NCBI GenBank assembly: GCA_016748015.1
Contig: JAAOMT010000523.1
Coordinates: forward strand, 1,513,552-1,577,551
Origin: Geosiphon pyriformis uo1
Taxonomy: Eukaryota; Fungi; Glomeromycota
Direction of reading: 5' to 3'
DNA length: 64,000 nucleotides
Shown here: positions 13,451 through 27,068 of the stretch, piece by piece
Layout of the letters: the number at the start of each line of letters is the position of its first letter
Numbering within the stretch: position 1 is the stretch's first letter
Made by a program: the position numbers and the translations under genes
The notes under the pieces: generated by a model
Told to the model about the DNA's origin: nothing
Databases searched by the model: none
What the model saw: the letters and a program-made list of their open reading frames with translations, nothing else

Positions 13451-16350
13451 TAATATCAATTTTAAATCCAAGAAACCAAACTTTTGTGTAAGCATTTTGG
13501 CATTTTTTGCTATAGTCAAAACTTTTGAAATATCTAAATATACAATATTTAAATTTTACATCTGAATTTTTAAAGTAATTTTCTTTAAAAATTTCATGTT
13601 TTTTATGATTTTATTAAGTTTTTATAATATTTGAGTTGTTTTTTATACAACTATTTCTTGTTTATAAGCAAAATTTTTTGGCTAATTACAAAATATATTC
13701 TAATTTTGTCTTTAATTGTTATTTGTTTTTTAATAATAAGCAAAATATTTGGGCAATTTTTTGTTTAGTATTTGTAAATTATAAAAAGAGTATTTTATAC
13801 ATTTTAATTTAAGAAATATTTTTCTATCCTAACTAAAAATACATTTGTTTTGAAATTAAGATGACTTTTTTATAAATTTTTTGATGTTTTACTAATTAAT
13901 ATCATGAATATTACAGTAATTAGTAGCCAATCAGGTTTTTTGTAACACTTTTTAATTTTATATTATAAACATATTAATTCTGTAAGATATAAGATTCGCT
14001 GTTCAATAGTTTGTTAATTATAAATGATTTTTTTTAATAACTTAAATTTGTATTCAAAAAAAGTGTTTTATATATTTTTCTTTTCTTGAGTCTTTTTAAA
14101 AATGGTTTTATTTTTTTACAAGCAAATATTTGTGTTTTTATTAAAGAATTCAAGATTTTTCCAAGCTTTTATTGCAAAATATTTTTATAGTTAAGTTTAG
14201 TTATTTTTTTAAAAAATATAGTCTTAATATTAATTTTAATAATTAATATTGTCATATATTTATAAAGTAAATAAATAATTTATAATATACTTCAAGTTTT
14301 TTTGATAGTTTTTCTATTAGCAAGCTAAAAAAACTCTTTTTTTTATTTAAAAATAATTTTTAGATATATTTATATCTACATTTAATTTTTTATATATAAA
14401 ATTGACAATTAAAATAACTGTTTAATCTAATATTGTTTTGACTTTTATCTATTTTATTAAGTAATTTATTGCTGTTATTATGTATTTGTTTCTATTAAAA
14501 GTAATTTTTAAAATTTAAAAATTTTAATTTTAATTTTATTAAAAAGCTAATTAATAGAAATTAAATAAATATTTTTTTTTAATTGAATCTATCTTTTTAT
14601 TAACAAGTATTACAGATCTTAATGTATTTTATTATATTATTTCCTAAGATTCACCAATACTATTTTGTTAAAGTTTTTTGAATTGTTTTTATTTTCTAAA
14701 ATATTCTGCTAAAAAATAAATATATATGTTATATATTATGATTTTTTTTAAATTAAATAACTCTTTGAGAGTGACCAAAAATTTTTCAGTTTTTTCAATA
14801 AAATTAATTTTGATTAATTAAATAAAAATTTGATCGTTTTGCAAATGTTCTTTTTATTGTTAGTTATATTTTAGTAAATATTATTTTTTATCTAAAAATT
14901 TAATAAATGTTAAATAATTTTTAAGTTTATTGGTACATTTAATTTAAAGCATTTTATTAATTTAATTAGTATTTGCTAATCTGTTTTTTTACTAGATAAC
15001 CAATTAGAATAAAGTGTTTGCATTTTGGTTGTTAATTTTTTTGTAGTACTTGATATCATAATTATATTTGTTTAAATGTATAATTCAGTCGAAAATTCTT
15101 TTGTGGTTCTGTTTTTTTTTGTTTTTTAACCAAATTAAAACTTGATAATTAATATAAATAATGAATTGTTTTCTTAAAAAATATTTATACCAGTAAGTAA
15201 TAAGCTATATTATGGTTAAACACTTTTTATCAATAATTATATAGTTTTTTTTAGCTTCCTAAAAAGTTTTGCTTCTATATATTATGACATGTTTTTTTCA
15301 TTTTTATTTTTTGTAATAAAATAGCACCAAAAAAAACATCAGAAATATTAGAATGAAAAATAAAACATTTGTTAAATTAAGTTATTTCAATATTTGTTTA
15401 AAGGTTAATTTTTTTTAAGAGTTTCAAATGCTTTTTGTTGAAAGTTATTTTAATAATAATTAATATTTTTCTATAGAAACTGGTGTTTTTTTGGTATATT
15501 AATTGTTAATACTCCGAGTTTAATTATGATTAGTCTTTTATAAGTTTCTTAATTCTGGTTGTATAATAATAATATTATAATAAAAGTTTTCTGTTGATGT
15601 TGCAATGTAAATTTTTTTTCGAATTTTGGTTTTTATTGTATGTTTATGTATTTTTTCTTAGAGACTAATTTGAAATCTATTTACTGTTGTTGAGGTCTTC
15701 TTTAAAGCTATTCTTGCAATTGTCTAAAGAATTTTTTTAATTTAAAACATAGAATATTAATAGCTTTTTAGTGATTTTAACAATAAAGCTTTAATTAATT
15801 ACTAACAACATAAATAATTTTGATCAAGAATTATTCTTCCAAAAAATTCAGCTAATAAATGACAGTTTTATTTAATAAATGAGTGTCAAATAAGTTTTTT
15901 AATAAATTTACAATAATAATTCAGTTTTTAATATTATTTCTTATTTTTTTGATTAATTAAAAGTTTATTCTATATAAAAGTAGAAACTAAAAAATAATTG
16001 ATGTAAAAAATAATTTTTCTTGATATTAAACCTATTATATATATATATATATTTGTGGTTCTATGAAAAAACATATTGTAATACTTTTTTTTTAATATTT
16101 TAACATAATGTTTGTTGCTATTATACTATGGTATTTACTAATATTATAAGATAGTACTTGCTATTCACATTATCTGGTAATTGCTGTTATGTGAATTATT
16201 ACCTTTTTAAAATTATTACTGTGCTATATTATAATTGGATAATTTATTTTTTTATGATTTTTACTAAATTTTTGAACTATAAAACTGATTAAGTAAATAT
16301 ACAATTTAGAAAAAACTTTTATGAATTTTTGATATTTAATTTAAAAGAAA
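12736..16350 (-). mobile_element. degenerate Ty3/Gypsy LTR retrotransposon (pol remnant plus 3' LTR)
   Basis: Minus-strand RT/RNase H relics QQKAFETLKKKL (~15440-15405), FIFHSNISDVFFGAILLQ (cf. FILHTDASDVGLGAVLLQ, ~15370-15310) and YDIKYYKKINNQNANTLF (cf. YDIKYRxGxxNQNADALS, ~15060-15005). 5' limit approximate. Confidence 0.75.
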
Positions 16351-17951
16351 TTGAATATAAGAATAATAAAAGCAAATTGAATTATTGATACTTAAATAAT
16401 CGGATACTTTTCTAGAGCTTTAATAAGTTTGCTTAAAAATAAATAACCAAGTTAATAATTAAATAAATAAATTGGTTTATTATCAGATTAATAATAGAAT
16501 TAATAACTAAGTTATTAACTAAGTCAATAATCAAGTTATTAATCAGATTATTAATTAAATAACTAATTTTAGATATAGAATTAATATTTAATATTAATAA
16601 TTAATACATAATTAATTTTGTTAATGTCATTTGTTAACTTTGAATTTTAAGAGGATTTAAATATTATTGTTTTCAAAAATTAGTATCTTAAAAAGTCATT
16701 ATATCTAATAAGAGACTCTTAAATGTTAATACTATTATAAGTGTTAAAATTTAGATTTTCTTGGTTTCAATTTGTAAAAGCCATTTTTTTTGATTTAATT
16801 GAAAATATTTCCAAGTTACTTATTACTTCCAAAGTATTCAAAAGTTCATTTATTAGTGTAGTTTCTTATGTTCAAGCCACTGCTAAATTTATTATATTTT
16901 ACTCTAAATGTTTGATAAAATTTTGAATGCAAATTGAATTCTTTATAATTCTGGATAAAAAATTTAATATGTTTACATAATGCTAATTTTTTGTTGGCTG
17001 ATAACTGTAAGCTTGATGCAAAAATATAAAAACTTGTTTTCATTCTTGAAAACCCAAATAAAAGGTTTTAGTAAATTGGTAGTAAATCTACTTAAAAGCT
17101 TCAATAAAATTAAAGATGAGTTTGGTGTATTTTCTTCAGGTAATAATGAAATAAGTGAGAATTTTGAGCCTCTTGGAAATAAATGCACATTTAATTATTT
17201 AATAATTCTATGAAATCTGTTGGATTTTGATATAAAAAATAGTAAAAAGAGAAAGAATCTGGTTGGGTGAATTTGTACAAAGAAGTACAGATGCAAATTA
17301 CTTCATTAGTAAATTGAATACAAAAGGCTATTTTTGGTGCCTTATTTAGTTGAATATAGCATTGACTTAAGTTTGGATGGCTAATCACATGTCAAAAGTG
17401 CATGGCTCACATTTAATATAGACATATATATGGGCTATGCATATAAATAGTAAAAGGGCTAAAGCAATAAAACAAATAAAATAAAATAAAAATTAACGTT
17501 TTGAAGATTAATTTATTAATTTGCTCAAAAATTGATAAGTCCGTTATTTTTTAATGTAAAAAGAATTTTTTTGAGAAAGATGCCAATTTTGCTTACCTAT
17601 AACGTCCCCAATATGAAACATGATTTTTTTATAATGCCAAATCTTTATCGAAGAAATTTCATAATCTCATGCGCTTATTTTGTGCAGAAAATTTAAACTT
17701 TCAACAATATATCTGTTTTTATCTTTTTATTTTTTTAATATATGAAACTTTTAAAATAGGCTTGAAATTATTATTCTAACAAAATGACTATTTGGTTTTT
17801 TATAATTGGATGCTTATTACTATTGTTCTTAATATCTAAGAGCTAATCAAACTCTTATGCTTGGGAAGAAATAAGTATCATTAGATAACCATCTTAAAAA
17901 AACATATTAACAGTTTAAGAATATTCCTATATATCTTATCATTGCTGGCTG

Positions 17952-18873
17952 TCACTCAAAATCCGTTCCTTCTATCATCCCAGTGCTAATAACTCCTCGT
18001 TCTCTAATAGAATCGGAATCACACATTATTCTACGGTAAATAATGATTTGTCTCACCCATTTAACAAAATTTTCAGAAGGTGGTACTGCTAAAATTACTA
18101 AAAACGCACTTCTCAGAACGGCATCGAAAGAATCGGTAACAGATCTAAAATAAGGCTGACTATCATTAATTATAACACAAGACAAATATAAACCTAGATA
18201 AAAAAGGGATATGAAGAATATGCTTGTCATATACCAAGTAGCAACAGCAGTATTTTGTGGATCTAAACTTAATTTTGTGGTTGAAGTTCTCGCTATAGGA
18301 TTCATATGTTGGTAAAATATCGGATAAAAGGTATATATATAAGTAATAAAAATAGTAACCATTCCGAGAAATCGATGTGTGTATATATTTAGATATATAG
18401 CGTTCTGAATTTTATCAGCTAATATTAATACAATAAACCCAACAGTTAAAAGGTTAAAAAGTAATATGAAAAGAATGCTTAATTTAAAAATCATATTATT
18501 CCATTGGTCTTTCAGATAAAACTTTCTGCCCATTTGAAGCACCAAAATTGATATCGTTGTAGTATAGATGCCAAAACAGATACCTATTTCAACTGTTTTC
18601 GAGTTAGATTCAAAAACATCTCCTCTTAGCTGATAAATGACTCGTGATACCATAAAAAGACATATTAAACCATTGGCTATAAAGCTAGGTTTTAAAAATT
18701 AAGCATATAATTGAATTACTTATTTTAAATATTTATTTACAAAATTTAATAAATTACCAGATTATTCTTATCTTTGTATAATTCCGAATACAATGATAAA
18801 ATATCATCAATACAAATATTATGCTGAAAAACAATCCAAACGCAAGAATGCAAACTTCGAATTGCAATTCCAT
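17952..18873 (-). CDS. 7-transmembrane membrane protein (GPCR-like topology), paralogue A, 282 aa
   Basis: Exons 18873-18758 and 18684-17952 with a GT-AG intron; phase consistent (849 nt). About seven hydrophobic segments. Closely similar to 31149-32084 (TTTISILVLQMGRKFY, HRFLGM, NTAVATWYM, ERGV.STGMIE). Confidence 0.85.
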
Positions 18874-21289
18874 CTGGGATATATTGAATGAAAATCTATG
18901 AAAGCCCAAAAATTTGTAGATGTGTAAAAAGTGAAGGAATCATTGATGATTTAAAAAGATTGTTACCCTTTTATAAAGAGTGAATTCGAATATGCAATGA
19001 TTAAAATTAAACTGGACTATAAAAATTTTCCGAGTGCAACTGCAACAAGAATTCCTTACGAATCGTTTCTTGCATTATGTCATCTTTATAAGCTATCCAA
19101 TCATCGCCTAGGAATAATCTATTCGCATGAGCGGATCTTCCCGTTTAAATTTCTTGGTCAACTCTAATGATCAAATCATCTATCCTAAAAATATAGTTTG
19201 CAATACTGTATGTTACAAGATTTGGTTTCCTAAATTACCAAGTAAGCAGGAGGTCTGACAAACCAAAAAGTTCTACCTGCAGCAATCGCGATCTAATATA
19301 ACAGAAATAGTTTATGCCACCTAAAATAAATTTAAAAATCTGATCTCCCATCGTATGTCACAAAATTGATGATATTTTTTTTGAAAAACGTTCTCACCCT
19401 TGAGTCAAATGGCAATTCTAATCCCCTATTAGAGAGTGTGGAGGCTTCTGATTATAATTTTTTTCAAATAAATCTCCATCCATCTAATGTAAAATTCTCA
19501 TATGGAAAAAGTATAAGATAAAGCCGAAAACCACATTCTGCAGAAAAAAAGCAACTAAGCTTGATATAAGCTTAATCAAAAAAATCTTAAGAAACAAATT
19601 AAAAATATAAAGAATTTAATTGATGTAATTTTGAAATAAATCACAGTCACTAATCTTTTCAAGAAAAATCTGAAGGTAGAAGAATAATTCATGAAGATGA
19701 TACAACTGCTATAATATGTTTTAATTAGTACTCTAAGAATTCAACAATAGATGTTGATTATTTTCAACAGTTGTTTATTCGATGAATTGCACAAGTAAAA
19801 TTTTTTTTTTAAGCTAATTCAAACAAATACAATCAAGAAAGAGAAAAAAATATAGGATTTTTCTTAATATTAAAGTAAGAAAATGCTAAAAGTGTAATTA
19901 ATTGAGTTGTAATCTAATTATTCTTTAATGATTTTCTAAAGCTGTGGAAGTTTTTGCTTAAATAATCAAATTACTGATTAATAACAAATAATTTTAATAG
20001 TAAGATGGTTAAATTTGTAAAAATAATTAATACATGATTACTACAATGAAAAATAACATTAAAATATGACAAATTTATTTTGAATTGAAAATTCAACCGT
20101 AACAATAAATTTTTATAATTTTAAATATCTTTAATATTTCACTTTTAAAAAGCTTAGAATAAACGACAAAACAATTCGGTTTCAAACCAAAAACCAATTA
20201 TTTTAAAAAATAATAATAAAATCTTTTGATTATTCTCATATTTATAAAAATAAATGTTATCAGAGTTTTGACCAATGTAATTTTTGCGTTTATATTAGTA
20301 TTTTTATATATTATTATTATTATTACAAGGATAAAAAACAGTTTTAAATCATAGTATTCAATAATCGAAACTATATATCTGCTTATTATAATATTATAAC
20401 AATTAATTTCAAGTTAATTTTATTTGAATTTTTTCTTTCATTATTTAAACATACATATTTAATAAAATATAAAAATTAAATAGTAAAAAAAGAATATTAT
20501 ATTGTTTGCCAAATAAATATTTTAATATTATTAGATTTATCTCATATTTAAATATGTTAATAACAAGCTCATGGAATGTTTTAAATTTTTAAAGCTTAAA
20601 ATGTGGTTTGAAAAAATAATAATAATAATATGTTAATTATTCACAATTATAAAAACATTTAACAAATATTAAACAAATTGTATATTATAAAATATTTTGT
20701 TTTAAAAAAAATTAATTTATACATAAAGTAGCAACAAAATAAAAGAATCACATGCTAATATATTTTTGTTGTTTATTATAAAATACAAAAATCTCATCTG
20801 AATTTTGATTGACTTTTTTCTTATAGTATATCTCTTTTTCTTAATGTTCCATTTTAAACAATATTTTGTCAATTAAAGTTGAATCTTTTTTATAATTTTA
20901 TTTATTTATTATTTAATAATAAAGTTTAGTTGATGAGAGTTGGCCATACAAATTCAGAAACTTTTAAAAACAATTATAAATTTTTGTGAAAAATTATTCT
21001 TTAGAAAATACTGATTGAAAAAATAAAAATAAATTGCAAAAATGATAAAGTTCTATATAATTCAAAATATTTTTACAAGAAAAAAGTATTCAGTGATAAC
21101 TAAAATAAAATTGACCCATAGAAATTATTTGATTAAAATAATAATATTTTAAAACATATAAAAAGTTTTTCTTTTCAAGAAAAAAATTTTTTTTACTACT
21201 TACACAAATAATTTGAACTGATTACAGCTCTTCAAAAGATGATTTTAATACAAAATCAAAAATATACTTTTAAAATATAAAAAATACTG

Positions 21290-21893
21290 TTATTGTTGAA
21301 AATTTTACTTTTTAATCTTACTTATTTACTTGGTTATAGTTAATTATACGTATTTATTACTAATGCTATTAGTTAACTATCCTATTTTTAGAATTAGTCA
21401 TTAATGTAATTATTAAATTAGTCATTAATTCAATCATCGATTTGATTATTGATTAAATTATTAATGTAATCACTAATCTAATTATTGATTACTTTTTATA
21501 CTTGAATCAAATTCATTCAAAGCAAAGATCAATACAATGATATCAACTCTTTTATTTTCTTTTTCTTATTTCTTTTTCTTATTTCTTTTTCTTTTGTTTT
21601 TCTTGATTTGTATAATTGTTAGTTTTGTAAAGTATATTAAAACTGATACTTGATATTAAATTCTAAGAATGTTAATTTAAAAATTATACTAATGTATTAT
21701 CTTTTGTTAATAGTATAAACTATTCCTCTACTTTCAGATTCCTAAAAAAAATAACAACTGAGATATTTATGAGACTAATCTCATATATTAAATTCTTCTT
21801 ATTGAATTTGTTTATTAAAGTTGAATTATTTTTTATTGTCATATAATGCTGTTTTTTCTGCTATTCATTAGCTTATTATATTTAATTATAATA
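21290..21893 (+). repeat. LTR (5' LTR of plus-strand Gypsy element)
   Basis: Homologous in inverted orientation to 12736-13450, and lies upstream of the gag relic. Start approximate. Confidence 0.7.
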
Positions 21894-22611
21894 TAAAAGT
21901 AATGCTTTTTGTAAGATTGTCAAATTCTAATTTATCAACTATTGTATGAGTGATTATTATTTTTTAGCACAAAAAACCCGAAATTATTTTAAAGTATATA
22001 ATTAAGATGATTTAGTATATATCAAACATAATTTTTTTTCTTTTGTCTTATTTGTTTTCTAGTTAAAAAACAATTTAATCAACAGTTTTAAAATTTTTTA
22101 AGCCCAAATTTATTCAATATGCATTGTTTATTCTTTTGATCAAGCATATTTTAAGAAAAAATTCGAAGCAAAAAATAATTACATTAACCAATTAATATTT
22201 TCAGTTATTTTTAGTCAACTTTTTTTTGAGTTTGAAATCTTAAATCAACAAATTTACAATTATATAGCTGACTATTAATTAATTAAAACTCCTTTGAAAA
22301 CTAAAAACAAAAAAAGTTATCAAACAGTCTCTGTTTTCATTTTTTTTTAAGTAATTTAGGCTTCCTATTTAAAAGAAAATTTTAAGATCTAATAGAATGG
22401 CTCAAAGATTTTGAAAGAGCTGCCACTGCAAATCAATACAATAATAATTGTAAGTTCCAAATAGTTAAAAGATATCTCCAACAATCTTCTGCTATATGGT
22501 TTATTCAAAAAACTATTAGTAAAACTACATAATAAATTATTTGATAATCTTTCAAAATACTGGCTACAATGTTATTTTTTTCCTGAAAAATTCAAAAAAA
22601 GTTTAGAACAG

Positions 22612-25600
22612 TAGAGCTCTGATGTTTGGTTCAGTTCGGTTCAAGTTCAATCAAATCATTGAACCGAACTGAACTTGAACTTAAATCAAACTTAAAATTA
22701 CTGAACTTGAACTGAACCCAAACACATGCAACAAGTCTGGTTCAAGTTTGATTCGAAGTTCATGAACATGTTTAGGTTCAATTATTAAAAACATTATATT
22801 ATACTATATTATTATTTAATTTTCTTTTCAATGGTCCCTGCATCCATAATCGAAGACACTGTGCTGCTTTTATAGTTTTAAGCACTAAGCGAGACCTCAT
22901 ATCTGTAATCATATTCTCACCTGCAGAAAAAACACGTTCAGAAGCAACATATGATCTTTGGATTGCCAAATAATTACAAGCCATACATGTAAGACGAGAA
23001 AATTGTGTTTGATGTACCTAAATATCGAATTATTAATAAAATGTTAATTTAGATAAATATTTTTTGTAATATACCTTCTACTATTTTATTATATCTATTT
23101 CCCTATTGGCCACTTTTTCAGAGATATAATGATCAATTTTATCAAGTTTTTTTTCCTTATTATCATCAAAGTCTGTCTCTAATATAGATCATGTGATTAA
23201 TATTATAGTATCATTAAAATTGCCATTCAATAAAAAACTGTCATTTGATGTTAGTATAATGTCTAGCGTATACTCTATTTCAAAGAGAGTACATATTTTA
23301 AAAGTTTATTTATTGTGTGTGAGTTGGAAAATAAAACTGTTTGAATAAATTAATAACTTACAATTCTTTCATTTTATTAATATCATTATTCAAAAATTCT
23401 CTCTTTGTAAAATAATGAAATTTTCTCCTTAGATTTAATGCAGTACAAAGCATTATAGTTGTATTTGTTTTAGAGTAATATTCAACCAATATTCAACCAA
23501 CTTTTTTCTTGTTGCCCTAGCTGTTGTAACAAATAATAAATCTAATATTAAATGTGTTAAATAAATAACTAAATAAATACAATCAAGGTTATAATAATTT
23601 ACTAAATTTATTATTATTAACCATGTCTTTAGCATAATTAAAAATAATATCTAAGAGATAAATAATTAAGGAGGCAGTATTATTTGAACTGGCTGACATT
23701 TTAATCATAATATCCTTAAATAGTTCAAGAAATTTAACAATTTTATTAAAAACAGTTCCATTAATATGTTATTTCACATAATTAGTGAAGTTAATTTGAG
23801 GTCTAGTAAGAGTGTTTAATGTCTATAAATTTACAGTTAGAATTTTTGTATTCAAAATATATAGAATCAAAAATAAACAACTTGCCAATTTAAGAGATAA
23901 CTTATTTCTGACCATATTATAAATAGAATTCTACCATGTAAAATATTCCAGAATGAATTTATAGTATTTAATTTAACATGTATTACAGACATATTTAAGG
24001 AGTTCAAAATGTTGAGGCAAAGTATAAATTGCAGAGTTAAGTTGTTTAATCTTTAATTTATATAAAGTTTACATTAGAAAAATTTCAAGTAAATATATTT
24101 AGTTTGGGTTTTAACAAATATCTTGAAAATATTATTCTTTATTTCATCTAAAATTACTTATATTATTAAGTTTAAAATATGATTAAAGCATCAAAATTAA
24201 AAATCATTCAAGTTCCATTGAATGTTTTTTTCTTCTAATTTTCTTATTAACTTTTTTATAAAAGTACTATTATTTGCAGCATTATTAAGAATAATAGCAA
24301 AAAGCTGTTGAAAAAAAATTAGGTTATAATTAATAAAATTAATAGTAAACTCGTATAAAAAGAGAATGAATGTAACTTTTTTGGCTGAAAATTTGATTTG
24401 AGACAATGATAAAAACCACTTAAGCTAATATTAAAAAAATGCAGTTTTTGATAATATAAGTACTGTGGTAATTCTAAGCTTCAGATTATGCTAATGCCAA
24501 AAATTCAGCTCTGGGACAATAATAAAAACCAACTTAAGTCAACATTAAAAAAATGTAATTTTAATGGTATAGGCACTGTAATAGCTTTAAGTTTTAGATA
24601 ATATTAATACTGAAAATTTAGCTCTGAGACAATAATGAAAACCAACTTAAACCAACTTTGAGAAAATGCAATTTTCAATGATATAAGCACTGTAATAACT
24701 CTAAATTTTAGATAATATTAATATGCTACATAATATGTTAATCTTATTATTGACTATTAACTAATCCAAATTTATGTAAGAATATATGTACATATTTTTA
24801 ATGTAATTCTATAATTTTTTAATACTTTAAAAAATTTATTCACAATATTTATTTTATTATATTGTTTACTTATTAATTCAAAATTAATTATTGTTTATTA
24901 AAGATTTTAATTGTCATTGATATAATAAGCAATAATAGAAACAAAGGTTTTATTATTAAAAAATAGTTAGAAATCTAAAATAAAAATTTTTTTGAACTTA
25001 ATAGTACCTAAGTATATCTATTATATTATAAGTATAGATGAAAAAAAAGAATATTTTATTATAAAAGTAGTATTTATTCTTAATTTTTGTGTACTTAAGA
25101 CATAGAATTCTATGACTTTATTTTTAATTATATTAGCACAAACAGATTGAGAAGTGAAGTTTAAATATTAGAATATTTAAATTAATTCAAGATTTTTTAT
25201 TATAAAAAATAATTGCTGATAGTTGATAAGCCAAATAGTAATCATGTTATAAAGTTTTTTATTATTAATATCAATAACAGTTACTACAAAATATTAGAGC
25301 AGTTTTCTAGTTAGATTGGGCAAAAATTATAAAAAAAAATAACAATCTCACTTATCAAATAGTCTTATACTTTATTTTGAAAACTATATTTACCAAATAT
25401 ATTAATATTTAAACTATTTGGATTATTAAATTTCATTATTTTGGATTTTGAATCTTTAGTAACATTGGATAATACTGATAATGAATTTATTTTGGTAAAT
25501 TGAAGAATGGAGTTGTTATATATATATAGTTTATATACCTTTTTAACTGATTATAATAACTAAACAAAGTAATAATTAATAAACAAGTAGTACAAGTTAT

Positions 25601-25690
25601 ATATTTTTTTAATTCTATCAAACTTGAACAAGTTTATAAACTTTGAACAATACCCAAAGCTCAATTTAGTTTAGTTCAGTTAAAATCCTA
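22612..25690 (-). mobile_element. degenerate hAT DNA transposon nested in Gypsy gag
   Basis: hAT dimerisation domain QFSRLTCMACNYLAIQRSYVASERVFSAGENMITDMRSRL..KTIKAAQCLRLWMQG (22830-23015) and catalytic-region FAIILNNAANN (~24270-24305). TAG...CTA termini, GAAC(C/T)-type subterminal repeats at both ends, and imperfect 8-bp TSD tagaacag (22604-22611) / taaaacaa (25691-25698). Confidence 0.85.
24386..24722. repeat. tandem array, 3 x ~113 bp, inside the hAT element
   Basis: Units start at ~24386, ~24498 and ~24611 (gagacaat(g/a)ataaaaacca...aaaaatgca...actgt...taa(g)ttttagat). Confidence 0.85.
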
Positions 25691-26966
25691 TAAAACAACA
25701 ATATTAATATTCAAATAAAAAATAAAATTAGAATAAAGAGTACATAGTCCAAGAAAAATAGTTATAAAATATATTAAAGCAATTTGAAATTTAATTAAAC
25801 AAAAAAACGAAAAATTTAAAAATAGATTTATTATATGTTTTCTGGCTTTTTTTTACTATCAAAAATAATCTAACTTTAAACATAAGTAAAAATAATACAA
25901 TACATAAAAAATAATCAATAAATATATTTAAAAATGTTTTTTACTTCAAATAACTGTTTTAGTTTTTGCTTCTGCTTTTTAAATAACTATTATATTATTT
26001 ATTGCTTATGCTTAAGATCTTAATAAATAATTAATTAATAGATTAATAGCAAAATTTGTAAAAATTTTAAAACTTTTAGCTTAAATTGTTTAGAAAAATC
26101 AAAGATTTTAAAATTTTAATATTAATTTTAATATAATTAATCACAGCAATCTCAGCATAATTCAAGATTTAAAAACCAAGATTCTTTAGTCTATTATCAA
26201 TATAGAAATATTAGTTATATAATATAAAATTATAACAATTTTTTAATGTTTTCTCTAAATTTAAAAAACAATAACAATTAAGTTTTTAATTAAAATACTA
26301 ACTAAGCTTATATAAACAAAATTCTCTAATTTTTTACAAAAATTGGAAATCAATTAGTTTAATTTTTGATGAAAAAAGTAAAGTTATACAAAAAACATTC
26401 CAAAAAAAGTGTTTAAAGTTTAATTATTAATAATTGAACAAAAAATTAATATTAAAAATTAATTACTTAGTCATGTCAAAAAATATTTTTAGCCAAATCA
26501 ATATTATTTAACATGTAATTAAAACTAAAAATGTTTAATTTATTTATTTAAAATCTTATTAATTAAACCAACAAAATGACAAATTTATGAAAAATAAGTA
26601 AAATAAATAAAAAATAGAATTCATATAAAAAACCAAGTATAAATAAATATTTTCAATTATAGTAATATTTAAAAAAAAACCTTATAATTTTGTTTTAATT
26701 ATTGTTAATTAAATACAATTATAAAAAAAAAACATATATTTATTTTTCAAAGTTAACAATACTTTTGATTAATTTAGAGACTTAGCCTATTCTACAACAA
26801 TTTATATAACCATTAAATTTTAAAAAATAAAAATAGATTTTGTCAGTAAAAAAAAACTGAATTTGTCACAAAATTTAGAATTTACAAGTTCATTATAATG
26901 CTATTTGGATTAAAAAATGCTCTTCTTACTTTTTAGAAATTAATAGACAATGTATTTAAATCCAAA

Positions 26967-27068
26967 CATTAAAAGTTTATTTTAATATATCTCAATAATA
27001 TAATAGTATATTCAAAACATTAAAAGTTTATTTTAATATATCTTAATAATATAATAGTATATTCAAAA
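26967..27068 (+). repeat. 51-bp tandem duplication within the RT active-site segment
   Basis: cattaaaagtttattttaatatatct(c/t)aataatataatagtatattcaaaa occurs twice with one mismatch. Confidence 0.9.

Noticed and set aside
16380-17460. Overlapping short ORFs and LTR-type 12-nt repeats
   Set aside because: Probably part of a retroelement, but neither boundaries nor protein identity could be supported.
21894-21920. Possible primer-binding site after the 5' LTR (aagtaatgctttttgtaag)
   Set aside because: The position fits a decayed TGG-starting PBS, but it is too mutated to assign a tRNA.
24386-24722. Possible CRISPR-like array
   Set aside because: Whole units are repeated with no unique spacers, there are no cas genes, and the context is eukaryotic.
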